A stretch of DNA of 64,000 nucleotides from the human T2T-CHM13v2.0 reference genome, Homo sapiens: the NCBI RefSeq assembly GCF_009914755.1, contig NC_060933.1; one strand, given 5' to 3'. The position numbers and the translations under genes were made by a program. Of this stretch, positions 24,441-38,214 are shown piece by piece. A model generated the notes under the pieces. The model saw nothing but the letters and a program-made list of their open reading frames with translations. It did no database searches and was not told the DNA's origin. The first letter of the stretch is position 1. Every line of letters starts with the position of its first letter.

Positions 24441-25439
24441 AACATGTGTATATGTGTTTGTTTGGGTGTGGGTAGTCATTTGTCTACAGCCTTATTCTTG
24501 ACCAGAGCTCTGCAAATCTGGGCTAAGATTCTTTCAGCTCCTTTTTACTGTGAGCAAAAGGGAGGCAAAGAAAGACATCTCAACTTGTATTTCATAAGTG
24601 CCAAACACTTTGTATAAAGCCAAGGGCTTCATTGCTATAACATTAGGTTGGAGTATTTCATTAATAACAGATCTCCTAATTCATTTTTTATGATCCTGTC
24701 AGCACATAGAGGAATTTGTCTCTGTCCAAAAAAAAAAAAAAAAAAAGTGTGTGTAGCATCTAATTGTGTGACTCCCCTCCCTCTGCCCCATTAACTTGGA
24801 AAAGAAGAATTGCTGGAAAAGGTGGAGGAAAGTCAAAACAATTGAGTTGTCTTTTTATGGATTTATCGAGTGGCAACTGGTGCCATAGAGAGAGCTAGGC
24901 AAGGGCGGTGAAGCATGCCGGGAGGCCCATTGATCATCACGGACCTGGGTCAAAAAGGATTTTATCTTCTGTCCTCAAATCCAAAAGGTATGCTCATGCA
25001 CACGCACAGCAGACAGGAAGCTGCCGGGGCGGGTGAAGGCTCAGTCCTCTCCACTCTAGTCCCTCCCAAGGAGAGATCACCAAGGTCATAGCAGGGTAAG
25101 GAACATGATCGTCTCTGCCTGGCCTTAGAAGTCATTGATTCCAGTTTGTTCCCTTATTAAATGAGAAAAAAATGAGGGCCAGTGTGCATGGCTTGCCTCC
25201 CTATCTAAGAAAAGTTAAGTTTGCTTCGAACTTGTTGAGAATCTATCTTGGACTAAATTCAGCAGAGATGGAGAAATTAGACATGGCCCCCTGCCTTCAG
25301 GAATCTACTGTTAATGGGGGTGGGGGAAAGAGACAAGTGAACTTATTCATGCTGTGGAGAGAGGAACACAAAGGTTCAGAAAAAATACTGAAAAAGAATC
25401 GTTCACTAGTCCTTAAGAGACCAGGCAGCTCTAAAAATA

Positions 25440-26035
25440 AGATGGTTATTCCTTCCTCCAGGAAGTGGAGCTTAATTGCCCTCTCCTTCAGTGTAGACTG
25501 GACTTAATGACTCACTTCTAATGAATAAAGTAAGTAAAGGGAAAAATAATTGTCTTGCAGTGGAAAAACCCAAGGGACACTGCCCCAAATAAATGATGAA
25601 GACTAACATCAGCAATAAGTCAGGATGATATCAGAGACTCCCTGATATGATATGATACAATATGATAACAAAGGGACTTCACCTCTGGCCAGTGCTTTTC
25701 ATAACTGTTAAGATAATTTTTAAAGGAAAACCTGAGAGACTGTCACATAACAGAGGAAAGCAAGTAGACATAAGGATTAAATGCAACACAGATTGAACAC
25801 TGGGACAAAAAAAAGGACATTGGTGGAAACCGAGTAAAATCTGAATAAAGTCTATAGTATAGTTAACAGCAACATACAAATGTTGATTTCTTAGTTTTGA
25901 CACATGTACCATGATAATGTAAGATGGTAACATTAGGGGAAGCTGGGTAAGTGGTATATAGAAAGTCTCTGTATAATCTGTGCCAATTTTCTATAAATCT
26001 AAAACATTTCCAAAATTAAAAGTCTAAGAAAAAAG
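25440..26035 (+). mobile_element. L1MC/MD 3' UTR fragment
   Basis: ctggacttaatgactcacttctaatgaata; atctgaataaagtctatag; aatgtaagatggtaacattaggggaagctgggt...ccaaaattaaaagt. Confidence 0.85.
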
Positions 26036-26113
26036 ATATAGTACTACAGAAGGGTTCTGAGAGATTAATTACTCCTGCAAGAAAGGTTTGGAGAATAGAG
26101 AAATAAAAAACAA

Positions 26114-26452
26114 GGCTGGCACAGTGGCTCAGGCCTGTAATCTCAGCACTTTGGGAGGCCGAGGTGGGTGGATTTCTTGAGGTCAGGAGTTTGAGACCAG
26201 CCTGGCCAATATGGTAAAACCCCGTCTCTATTAAAAATACAAAAAATTAGCCAAGCGTGGTCGTGGGCACCTGTAATCCCAGCTACTTGGGAGGCTGAGG
26301 CAGGAAAATTGCTTGAAGCTGATAGGGGGGTGGTGGTTGCAGTGAGCTGAGATTGTGCTACTACGCTTCAGCCTGGGCAACAGAACGAGACTCCATCTTA
26401 AAAAAAAAAAGGAAAGAAAGAAAAGAAAAGAAAAAAGAAAAGAAAAGAAAAA
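26114..26452 (+). mobile_element. AluS with A/(GAAAA)n tail
   Basis: Dimeric Alu consensus. Confidence 0.95.
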
Positions 26453-27489
26453 TCAGAGACAGTGTAGTCAGAGGGAAACATAGGTCCAGAATGAGAGAAA
26501 ATGTGCTCAGAGCACTTTGTGTATTTGATATGATGGCAGAGCACGCTGGGCAGTGGGGAATGAGGCTGGGAAATGAAGACAATACTGTAAAGAATCTTCT
26601 ACGTTAGGCTAAGAATGTTAGCAAGTTAGCAAAGCATTTAGAGCAGAGAAAGCTTGTCATATATGAACAAAATGTCTAGAAGTTCGGTGAGCTGGGAAAG
26701 ACATGCAGCAAGTTATGTTCAGTACTCAAGTCACAAAGTGGAGATAACAGCACGTTAAATCACAATTAAGCCATCCTAGGGGACCCTGCTTTGGCACGAC
26801 CGCCATGTTGCATGGTGGATAGGTGAAAAGGGGATTGCTTTATATGTTTTTACTTGAGAGACTGAAGGTGGAAGCCTGCTTGCTCTCCTTGCACCCTCAA
26901 CGTCTACACTGCTACTCTCTTTAACAGAAGCGCATGACAGAGCATTTAGGAAAAGATATGGGCAACTGGGAGCAACTGAGAAATGAAGTAACAAAAAACT
27001 TAAGATACATCCATGATGGCAAATCTAAGCTATAAAGAATTGGTAGGATTAAGGAAAAGAGAATACGGCAATCCCAGCTCAAAAACCTTAATACCTACCC
27101 AGTGTCTCCAGAGCAAAATTCAAACGTCTAAGCATGGCGCTCAAGGTCTATTATAACTTTCGAGAAACTTTTTGTATTTCACTTCTTCCTTTCTTATTGC
27201 ATTTTACCACAAGTATTCCAATACCACATCTTTTAAAAACTGAAACAAAACAAAAAAAATCTGAATTCCCAAATCTCATGCTTATGCTAAGCTGTTTTCT
27301 CGGCCTAAGCTGCCTTTACTTGAGTCAAAATCCTACACTACCATTCAATACTTCATGCATATATCACTGCCCCCAGGAAACCTTGCCTGACTACACAAAC
27401 AATAAAAACTGTTTCTCCCTTCAAGTCTCTACAATTTTCAAATTTCTCTCTATACAAAATGAAAAGGCTTCTCTGCATATATAGGTGGC

Positions 27490-27830
27490 CAATCATAACC
27501 TTTTGGTTAATGAGTTATGAGGTGGAATCTTTGGAGGCACTTCTGGAAAGGTTTTGTTGTAATAAAGGAAAAAGTTCACAGGGAAAGCTCTGTTTTCTGC
27601 CCCTTTCTTCATGCGTGCTTTAGATGCTATATTAGTTCATTAATTTGGATGGGGGGTGCTATAGCCATCTTGGAGCCCCAAAGAGAAGGCCAAGACAACC
27701 AGAGAGATTCTAGTCCTGCACACTGACATCTGGAGCTGCAAAGTCACCTATCACCAAAGCTTTTAGTCACGTGAGTTTATTAAATGTCCTCATTGTCTAA
27801 GCCCCTGGGATACAGATAAAAATGTCCTAA
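27490..27830 (+). mobile_element. Old MLT1 (I/J-like) LTR
   Basis: cttctggaaaggtttt, gctatagccatcttgg, attaaatgtcctcattgtctaagcc. Confidence 0.55.
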
Positions 27831-28585
27831 GTAAACACCGCTTACTATTAATATCTTTTTAATTGAATCAACTGTGAAGATTTCCTAACATTTGAGTCCA
27901 TTTTGAGGAGGAAAACCTGGACTTCTCAATATACCTTTATCAGAGAGAAACAGTCCCTTGAATCTCACAGGCTGTGTCTTCAGCCCTGGGCTGAGGAGAA
28001 CACAGGTCAGACCCCAGAAAACAATTACTCTCTCATGAGAATTTCTAATCTGGCCCAAGAAACGCTATTCAAGGCCAAGTCATAATCTTCTTATGACTTC
28101 ATCTACCTTTAAAATGTCAAGTACTGATTTCCGCTGTACTTTCCCTGAGAGCAATTATTAGTTTAATGAGGAACATGGGCCACCATCTGCATCCCAAAAC
28201 TTGTGACACTTGAGAGATATTATCTCCACCAACCTGGAACCTCCTACACATTAAACACACAGAGGTCAAACAAAATATTCTCCTCACATTTTACAGTCCA
28301 AGAATCAGAGCTGAGCTAATGAGACCAGAAAGAATCCACAATTGGCCAACAGTTGTTGAGCTTCCAATGCACAGGGATTGAGGCACCAAGGGATAGTAGA
28401 CAGAAGTGGACAAAGAGTGGTAGGAGAATTACCAACTACTGAACTGGGAAAGCCATCCCAAGCACTTTATCTTTAGTGTTTCTTCTAGTTTATCCAATAA
28501 TTCTAGAATTTAAGGATTAAGATATCCATTTTATTGAAAAGAAACTCAGAGAAACTAAGCAAATTGTTCAAAATTTCATCGCTCG

Positions 28586-29048
28586 GCCAAAAGGTAAAGA
28601 CAACCCAAGTGTCCATCAACAGATGAATGGATAAATAAAATGTAATATACACATACAATGGAATACCATTTAGCCATAAAAAAGAATGAAGCTTTGACAT
28701 ATGCCTCATCATGGATGAAGCTTTAAGACACTAGGCTAAGTGATAGAAGCCAGATACAAAAAGATGGAGTAAGTGACTTCACTTACATGAAACATCTTGA
28801 ATGGATAAATTCATAAGGACCGAAAATAGATGAGAAGTTATCAGGGTTGGGAGGTGCATGGAATGGGGAGTTATTGCTTAATGATTGCAGAGAGTTTTTA
28901 TTTGGGGTCATGAAAAAGTGTTGGAAATACATGGTGTTGATGGTTGCACCACACTATGAATGTAATTAATGCTGCTAAATTGTACACTTAAAAATGGTTA
29001 AAATGGCAAATTGTATGTTACATATATTTTACCACAGTAAAAAAAAAA
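28586..29048 (+). mobile_element. L1MB 3' end
   Basis: acaacccaagtgtccatcaacagatgaatggataaataaaatgt ... tgtacacttaaaaatggttaaaatggcaaattgtatgttacatatattttaccac followed by an A tail. Confidence 0.92.
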
Positions 29049-29152
29049 TCACAGCACTAATAAATGTTTCAACAGCAATTTGAGACCTCACTCTGGCTCC
29101 AAAATCCAGAGTCTTTCTAGCAAACCATAAAAAGATTCTCTAAGATTTAGTG

Positions 29153-29347
29153 CGGTGCTGTCCAATAGAACTTTCTGCAACAATGGAAATGTGTTACATC
29201 TGTACTGTCCAATATGGTCAACACTAGCCACACAGGGCTACTGAGCACTTGAAATCTGGCTACTGTGTGCTGGGCAACTAATATTTTAATTTTATTTAAT
29301 TTTAATTATTTTAAATGTAAATAATAGCCACATGTTGGGTAGCACAG
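29153..29347 (+). mobile_element. MER3 hAT MITE
   Basis: gtgctgtccaatagaactttctgcaacaatggaaatg...actagccacacagggctactgagcacttgaaat...agcacag. Confidence 0.88.
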
Positions 29348-29607
29348 GTTAAACTGAAGAGTTGAAGCATAGGTTCCAAAGGAGGCCTTATAGCAAAATG
29401 ATGACACCTTGGTGCTAAAAAGATCAGTCTTTCAAGTTAAGACTTCAGCATTGAAAAATGTGGCCCCAATGTTCCAACAATTACCAGCACAACCTCCAAC
29501 CTGTTTTCCTTGATTTTAGTTCACCTTTACCTCCAATCCATCCATTACATGGAGTAACATTGCCCTAATCGCGCCATCTGCTTTCTGAAAACCCCACTAA
29601 ATACGAC

Positions 29608-30090
29608 CCTTAAATGCATATTACTAAGTGAAAGAAGCCAATCTGAAAAGGCCACACACTCTATGCATCCAACTATGTGACATTCTGGAAAAAAGAAAAC
29701 CATGAAGACAGCAAAAAGACCAGCGATAGCAGTGGGTTAGCATGAAGGGAAGGATGAATAGGCAGAGCACAGAGGATTTTTAGGGCAGCGGAACCATTCT
29801 GTATGAATAACAGTGGTGAATACACATTTTTATACATTTGACCACACAACACCAAAAGTGAACCCCAATATAAACTATGGACTTTGGGTGACAATGATGT
29901 GTCTATGCAGGTTTGTTAATTGTAACAAAAGTACTACTCTGGTGGGAAGATGTATTGATACTGGGACAGGCTATGTGTGGTGGGGAAGGGCGGAAGGTAC
30001 TCGGGAGTATAAGGAACTCTCTGTACTTCCTGCTCAATCTTTCTATAAGCCTAAAACTACCCCCAAAAATGAAACTGTTTACAAAGAAAA
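29608..30090 (+). mobile_element. L1MC/MD 3' fragment
   Basis: cttaaatgcatattactaagtgaaagaagccaatctgaaaaggc; taaactatggactttgggtgacaatgatgtgtc; gaactctctgtacttcctgctcaat. Confidence 0.9.
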
Positions 30091-30094
30091 CACC

Positions 30095-30900
30095 ATTAAA
30101 ACTCATTATTCCATGGCAGATGAGGCCCCTCATCATCTGGCCTCTGCCTCTCCTCCTGTCTCTTTTCTCATTGCCCCCTCTCCCTGTGCATGCCATATGC
30201 CAGCTCCCTACACTCATCAAGCTGTTTCTCACTGCAGGGGCTTTGCATATGCTAGTCACTCTGAATTGAATGCTGCTCACCTTTCTACCAGAACTGCCTC
30301 TAGAGCTTTCAAAACCCAAATCCCCCTTTTTGAATACTTTCTTGAGCCATGAAAACTGAGTTAACTACTCCCTCTTGTGTGCACCCATGCACTGAGTAAG
30401 TATCACAGCTCATATCATTGTTTTGTTACTGATCTGTCTTTTCTAACAGTCTCTGTGTTGCTTCAGGTAGGTCTTACTCCTTCCCACCAGACCTTATATG
30501 ATCTGGCTCCAGGCAATCTCTTAAGACTCCATCCCTCCTCCTTCCCTCCCTCCCGCAACACAGGCCTTGCCTGATCCTAGAACACACAGAACTCCCCACT
30601 GCCATAGTCTTCCCAACATCTCTTCCCCGTACTAGAACCTACTCCACAGTGAGCTCAAATGCATCCTACAGCTCAAACCTCAACTTTTAGGAAAGACTTC
30701 CCTGAATCCCCAGACTAAAATAAATGCCCTAGTTATAAGTTATCAAAATACTCAACGATTCTTCCTTCAAGGCATTTGCCCTAAACATATCTATACTATT
30801 TATAAAAGTATTTGTTCAATATTTGTCTTCTCCACTATATTTTAAGCTCCTTGTCCTGTTTTTTTTAATCCATGAGTCCTTACCCAGTGTATATTTCTTT
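30095..30900 (+). mobile_element. L2 fragments
   Basis: aggcccctcatcatctggcctctgcc, cagggctttgcatatgctagtcactctg, agacttccctgaatccccagact. Confidence 0.62.
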
Positions 30901-32626
30901 AATATGAACACCTTATTAAAATGAACAAATTTCCCTTTACTCCAGGGGTCAGGGTGGGTGCTTAATAATTATTTGTGAAATGACTGTATTTCATTTATAT
31001 CCAAGATCTAAGAGAGTCCCTGACAGATAGTGAATAGTCAGCAAATTCAGTATTTGTTGAACAAACAAGTGAATGGAAAGTTCAGAAATCTTGGCACAAA
31101 TGAAATATTCAACTCCTTTATGGTAAAAATGATTCAAACCCATATTCAGAGTTTCAGACTGAAGAGGCTGCTGCAAGTGAGGACAAAAATAATACTATCT
31201 GTGTGATAACAACATTTATTTTCATTTACCTAGTATTTTCAAGCATGCCCTCCTACCTTACTCTTTCAGTAACGCTGTGTGCTGGATAATACAAACCCAC
31301 TTCTAGAAAAGGGCAATGGAGTGCAGAGAGAGGACATGGCTCGCCACATGTAATGTACTGAGCTAGTGGACAACCAGACACCAGGCTGCTTAGCTCCCAG
31401 GCAAAGGCAGAAGGTGGGAGTGGAGGCTGAGGGGCTGCCAGGACAGAAAAGCAAAACAAGTCCTCAAGATTCCTGGGTACCAGAGCCGGATGGGGAGAGA
31501 CAGAATGGACTCTGATTACAATCTGAGGAGGATTCATCTGCTGAAAGAGAGTTGATTGGATTGTGCTGTGATGCCAGAGTCTGTCGGCAATCAAACACCC
31601 TCTGGCTACCTCTGAGCATCTGGAATTGGAAAGCTGGAGGCAGAGGCCGGCTTGCAGCTGGGGGCCATGCTGGGGGACATGGGAGCAGCTCAGCTTCAGG
31701 CTGCAGTAAAGTGGTCAATGGCATGCTTGTCCATTCCAAGCACTTGCTAATGAAAAATGTTTCCCCCAAAGAACCCAGAGAAGGGGAGCAGCCTACACTG
31801 GAGATCAGGGGACAGAGGGAAATGGAAATATTCCTTACAATTGCAGAGTGTGCCGGTGCTTACAAACATTTAACTTATGCTATCACTAGATCCTCCCCCA
31901 AACCCTACTGAATTCATTGCCGTCATCCCCATTTTGTCTATGCACAAATCCCAAGTTAGTAGAAAGGAAATGTCTCACTCAAAGATACAAGGTATAAGTA
32001 GTAGAGCCAAGATGAGAATGCCAAGTATGTCTGATTCTCTATTAACAACTTTCTTGTAATTATAATCCAAAGCAAAAGTCTTCATCATAAAGTCAAAATC
32101 TTAAAATATGCAGGGGGTTAGACTTTTCCAGGGAGATAAATATGCATCTCGATTCTTCTTGGACACCTACTGTGTGCTGGTAGATATGCCACATGGGCCA
32201 TGACATATGTGGTGAGATTATTATCCCATGTTTGATACGATGAAATTAAGTGAGAATCTGAGAAATGAAATCATTTACTGCAAGTGGCATGGCCATCAAT
32301 TAAAATCAGACCAAATTCTTTAGATTTCACTTTGAGAACTGAGGAGCAAGAGCAGTGCAGGAACATAGCTTCTTTACCCTCTCTCAAGAAGTATGCCAGC
32401 ACTGGCTCTACAGTAAAACAGTGATATCTTTTCTGTTCAATCTGATCTTCAATTTTAATGCGCTTCCATGTAAAATACGGGTGCTTAAAATATAAAAAAG
32501 AAAATTAGAGTATGTCAAAAATGGTTAGGAAAGGGGAATTTAGAGAACAAATGAAGGAAGGTAAAAAAAATACTGGAAAACAATCTCTCTTCATACCATC
32601 TCAGGAAAGATAAAGAATTGAGTATG

Positions 32627-32946
<320 letters not shown>

Positions 32947-32950
32947 CTAC

Positions 32951-33221
32951 CAAGGCTGACTTACCCATCAGGTACAGTGTCCAGGGCTCATAGTCCTTTC
33001 AGGAGCCAACAGAAATGTTTTAATTTTTCTTAAAACTACATGCAAATTTAAAAATGTATTTTTAAGTCAAAAGAATTTTTAATATAAATATGAATATAAA
33101 CATCTTTGACACAATTTTACAATATTTTAAATTAATCATAATAATTTCGTAATGTTTTTATTAAGGAAGGATCCACAAAGGTAAAGGTGCCTAGGCTTGC
33201 AAAAGTCACACAGTGAACCTG
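32951..33221. mobile_element. hAT-Tip100-type MITE (ORSL-like)
   Basis: GC-richer ends caaggctgacttacccatcaggtacagtgtccaggg and aaggtaaaggtgcctaggcttgcaaaagtc around an AT-rich core. About 270 bp. Confidence 0.6.
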
Positions 33222-34106
33222 CATTATGACTTTGAGATTATCACCGTGGCCACTGAGTGTGGAGCACAAATGAACTAATGAGGATTCACAGAGTTGAGGA
33301 AGAGTGTTTTCAGCTATGTTCTGATGAACATTTGAATGGAGTTTCCATGGGCACAGCAGGTTCAGAGTGTTACCAAGAGAATTGGAAATACTCCTGGATG
33401 CAGGTGAGCATTTCTCCCTTAGCCAGGCCAAGCAGAGAAGGCGGAATTAAAGTCACCTTTAGTGTTATCATTTTCTCTATCTCAAGAGTTTATTATGGAT
33501 CCTTGGAACCACAGGAGATTGGAATTAATGTCTAGTCTTGAGTTAAGAATGTTATATCATGCCTAACTTAAATCCTGCCTATTTTGACTAGAGTCTTTAA
33601 TTTTGCTTTTTTAAAGAATGAAAATTTACAAACGTTACTTCTCCTGTAATTGCTGTGAGGATTTACTTGCAATAAGGTCCTCTTGGAAGTCTGGGTACCT
33701 AACCCTTTGGAGGGATGAACAGAGTACCTGAATGGTGATAAGAAGGCAAAGATTGTAGAAACAGCTAAATCATAAATTTTTGTGACGTGGGCAAGTCACT
33801 TCTCTTTTTTGGTCTTAGTTTTCACTACCTGAAAAAGTCAAGTTATTTGTATATGTAAAGTTGAAGTTTCTTTTAATACTGAACACGTGGGAAATCACAG
33901 ATGGTCCTATCCCAGACCCCGATATGGTAAAGTCAGTGATATAATGAGGATCGATCATACTTAGCGTTTAAGAAGCCTTCTAGTTTCCTCAAAATCCAGG
34001 ATATGCCTATTAGTTTCCCTACAGGAAGCATCATTCCTAAGAATTTGCAGAGGGAGAGAAAGTAAAGGTCAGACAGGTTAGGTAATACATATGCATACAT
34101 GTGCAG

Positions 34107-34140
<34 letters not shown>

Positions 34141-34160
34141 ATCCACATCCACACACATAC
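34107..34160. repeat. (CA)n microsatellite, degenerate at the 3' side
   Basis: About 14 perfect CA units followed by interrupted copies. Confidence 0.93.
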
Positions 34161-34949
34161 CCAAGGCCACAAAGCAAATCTGGGGTATTGTCAGTTTCAA
34201 TCTCTGGCAACAGGAAAAGGTGAGGGTGTGGCTCCATCCCCTGAATGAGTGTAACATTACAAATACCTTAGTCCTAAGGTTGCAAACTCTGATTTTGGGC
34301 CTGATAGCACAATGAGAAATCCCATTTCCTTCCCAATCATTTGAATGCGAAAGGGGCCAGCATTAAACTGGGGGCAATTGTCTTTACATCACCCTGGGCA
34401 CCATTTCTAATCACAGACTTGTCGACCACCAGCCTCTTGTGGCACCTAGATGGAGTGCGGAAATTATCATGTAATTTACAACAGGCAGTGCCTGAAAGTG
34501 ACTTTCTCAGCATCTGCTCTCTAGTAGTCCCAAGAGCAGAGAAACGAAGAAAGTTCATGGGCTGCTGGAGAAATGCAATCTCCTCCAGTTGCATCCAACT
34601 GTTCAACAGCCTCCCTCCAAACCCCTCAAACAGATCCCTTACCTCTGCTTCTCTCATTCTGTCGTTCCTCTCCCCATCCCTGCTGCTTGAAGTTCTATTC
34701 ATCCTTGAGAACTTCCCTTCATATATCCCACCTTTCTGCAAAGGCCTACCCAACCAAACTCACCTCTCACTAGCTTCTTCCTGAAACGTTGATCTCCAAC
34801 ATCGGTGAATGGTGGGAGGTTAAGCAAGGTTTAAATTTGATCTAAATATAATTCCTCTAAGAGTAAACCTGGATGGACTCTCAGGTCCCTCAGAGCCCTT
34901 TTCTCTGTGCAAAACAATGCATAGATTCAACATAAAACAGTGTCTAATG

Positions 34950-35170
34950 TGAAAAGGATCAAACTTGTATTCTGGACAATTCCATTCCAGTCCTCTTTCC
35001 TGTTCTGTACCTTCCTAAACCCGTGCTCTTGAGCAAGCTGCTTCAAACTGAGAACCTCAGAGTCCCCATCTGTAAAATGGAAAGTGCTTAAACCTTAATG
35101 GTTGTTTTGAGGATTAACAGGAACAACAATAAAAAAAGATTGTAGACATGACACAATGTAAATGCAAGGA
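34950..35170 (+). mobile_element. MIR SINE
   Basis: cctcagagtccccatctgtaaaatggaaag...ggttgttttgaggattaa. Confidence 0.72.
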
Positions 35171-35994
35171 ATAATTATGGTTATCCCTCCAATAGGAACA
35201 ACTGATGTGGCAAGTAAAGTAACAAATAAACTTGATATTTTCCATTTTTGGCTCAAGAAAGGCAAAAGCTGTCTTCACGATGTATCTGTTGCATGCTGAG
35301 ATAAGGCTTTAGTCATTCTACTATGAATTAAAAGATATTGTTAAGCATCTTCTATGTACGCATGTAGGTCCCAGCAGTAGGGAAAGTACCATCAAAATAA
35401 GATGCAAAGAATTGTCCTTTGTGCCTTAACTTTGTTGAACCATATGGTTCTTGAAATCTGTGGGTGCCTGTCTGGTTATGGGGAGTCTTCTGATCAGTAG
35501 CCAGCACAGTGTAGATGTCATTCTAATGTCGTCTATACATTGAGGAAAGAACACAGGAATTGAGGTCTTTAACTATCAGAGACAGGGGGAAGGAGTGGAG
35601 TCAGGGATTGCAGATTCAACTGTGACATGGCCACTCAGCTGTGGTGTGAGCCTGCATCAGTAACTGTACTTTTCTGAGCCTCTGTTTCCCTGAAAGTAGG
35701 GAAAGAGAGAAATGATGACTAGATCAAGCAATAATAAGTGGATGAAGAAAACATATAGAGGCAGGAGTTAAGAAGTCAGATGGCGGTGAACATCGGCTTT
35801 TCTCAGAAGGAATAAACCCAAGAATAAGAGAAAGTAGATGCAAGCCCGTTGGCTTTGACTGGTTGCTAAATATAAAGTAGTAGAAGCCAATGAAGATCTT
35901 ATTGACTCTGACCCCTAGTGTGTGTGTGCAGCTGTCCGGCACATAGAGATTCTTGGATTACACTCTGAGGTTAGGACTGTCTTGGTTTCATTCT

Positions 35995-36360
35995 TCCATG
36001 TAACTGTCAAACATTTGCTGAATATGTTTGGCTCTGTGCTCGGCAAACTTACTGGAAAAATAAGAGGAAAACAAGAATGTCACAATCCCTGCTATCAAAG
36101 AGCTTATGGTTTAGTGGGTAATACAGGCAATTAAATAGGTAATGAGGGTGAAGTGTAATGTGGAAATCAAGAAAGAGTCCAGGGAATATGGGAGTATACA
36201 ACAGCAGGTGTCTAACCGAGCTGGTAGTCAGAGAGGGCCTCTCATTTTAAATGTTATATGGTGTGAGAATTTAAGGACAAACAGAAGAGATCCAGGCAAA
36301 AAAGTGGAAACTATACCAAAGCAAGAAAAGAGCAAGTGCGCTGGGGATATGGAGATGAGC
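35995..36360 (-). mobile_element. L2 fragment
   Basis: caaacatttgctgaatatgtttggctctgtgctcggc, atccctgctatcaaagagcttatggtttagtggg. Confidence 0.62.
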
Positions 36361-37534
36361 AGGGGATAATTCCCACCCTCGTGGAGCTGCTGGTCTAATG
36401 GAGAGAGTATTGAACAAACAGCCATCCTAATAACATATCGTATGAGCTGTGCAGATAACCAGAATTGATGAGGTTTCTTTCCAAGTTCATGACTCCATGG
36501 TGAGCATGCTATGTTCTGAGGGTCACTGGAACTGAGCAGCCAACCTGATTTCAAGGCCTGGCTTTACTAGTGGCACTCTGTGTGACTATGGACAAGGACC
36601 TTCCCCTCTCTACCCCCAGTCTCTCCATCTGTAAAATGAGGTACTTATATTAGATAACTGTGCATATACTTTTGTACTCTAAAAATCTGTGCTTTAGAAT
36701 GACTTAGCATTTTTCTGGATCCCTTCTTTGCTTCTAATAGAAACAGTTTTTTTCCCCCTTCCACATTATGCCCCTTTATGTAGAATTGGTGACATTATTT
36801 ATTTCTCATATCCTCAGGACTTAAATCCCCGAATTATTCTAAATCTTGCCCAGACCTGACACCACAAATAAATTCTCAATCTCAGGGGGATTGAGACAAA
36901 TGGGGGCTTGCCACTCCTGTGACCTCCATCAGGGATTTGGCTCCAACATTCTACTCAAGGAAAATGTTGCACCAAGTCAGGCTAGAGGGGAAAGGAGAAC
37001 ATTTTTTAAAAAACAGCCGAGCATTTGTGAAAAGACAAAAGAAGTGGCTTTCCCCTGGATGCACATCCAAGACCTCCAGCAGATTGGAGAGCATTTAATT
37101 TTGAGTCTTTGCTTCTTGTTCTCAAAAGGAAACAGGATTCACCTAAGTGGGAGGCGGCCAGCATAGCAAGTCGCTCCCATGCATGGGGTCGTGTAGGGCC
37201 GACTTGGAATCCTAGCTCCAACTCCACCCTCATTAAATTCTGTGTGACCTGGACAAGTCATTTCATTGTCTCATAGACTCAGTTTCCCCAGCTGTAAAGT
37301 AAAGATACCATCACCACCTCAGGGAGTTGCTGTAAGAGTAAAACAAAACTGCATATGTTGAATACCTACTACAGGGTTGCAACACATTGAGTAATGAAAA
37401 GCAGGCAAACTAAACCAGAATGAGGGCTCTGCAGAAAGCTGGCAGGAAATGTCAATGGCGCTCAGCTCACTGGTGCCAGATATCTCCCATGGGGCAGTTC
37501 CCTGGACCCTAAAAAGGCAAGGGAAAATATATAG

Positions 37535-37750
37535 TCTAATAGAAAGCATATGAGCATTGGAATCTAACTGTTGAGTGTAAATTTTATCTATACCAATCTC
37601 TAGGACCCTTCTCACTCCTCTAAACCTCAGCTTCCTCATATATAAAAAATAGTACCTATCTAGGTTGTTTTGAGGATTTAAAAATATATATATTGCATAT
37701 CAAGTTCTTAATATGATACCCAGCAGATAACATGTACACAGTGAATGATG
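37535..37750 (+). mobile_element. MIR SINE
   Basis: ctctaaacctcagcttcctcatatataaaa...ggttgttttgaggattta. Confidence 0.75.
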
Positions 37751-37784
37751 GCTAAGATTTAGGATCACCCTGCATTTTGTTTGA

Positions 37785-38167
<383 letters not shown>

Positions 38168-38214
38168 TAAACCATTTTCTGCAGTGCTTGTTGCCCCCGG
38201 AAAAAAATCAAAAC

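Noticed and set aside
29813-30352. Longest ORF (179 aa) as a gene
   Set aside because: Spans an L1 3' UTR and an L2 fragment, with no recognisable domain or splice structure.
34341-34784. 147-aa ORF with an overlapping antisense 138-aa ORF
   Set aside because: No recognisable protein family and no convincing exon boundaries. The length is attainable by chance in 64 kb across six frames.
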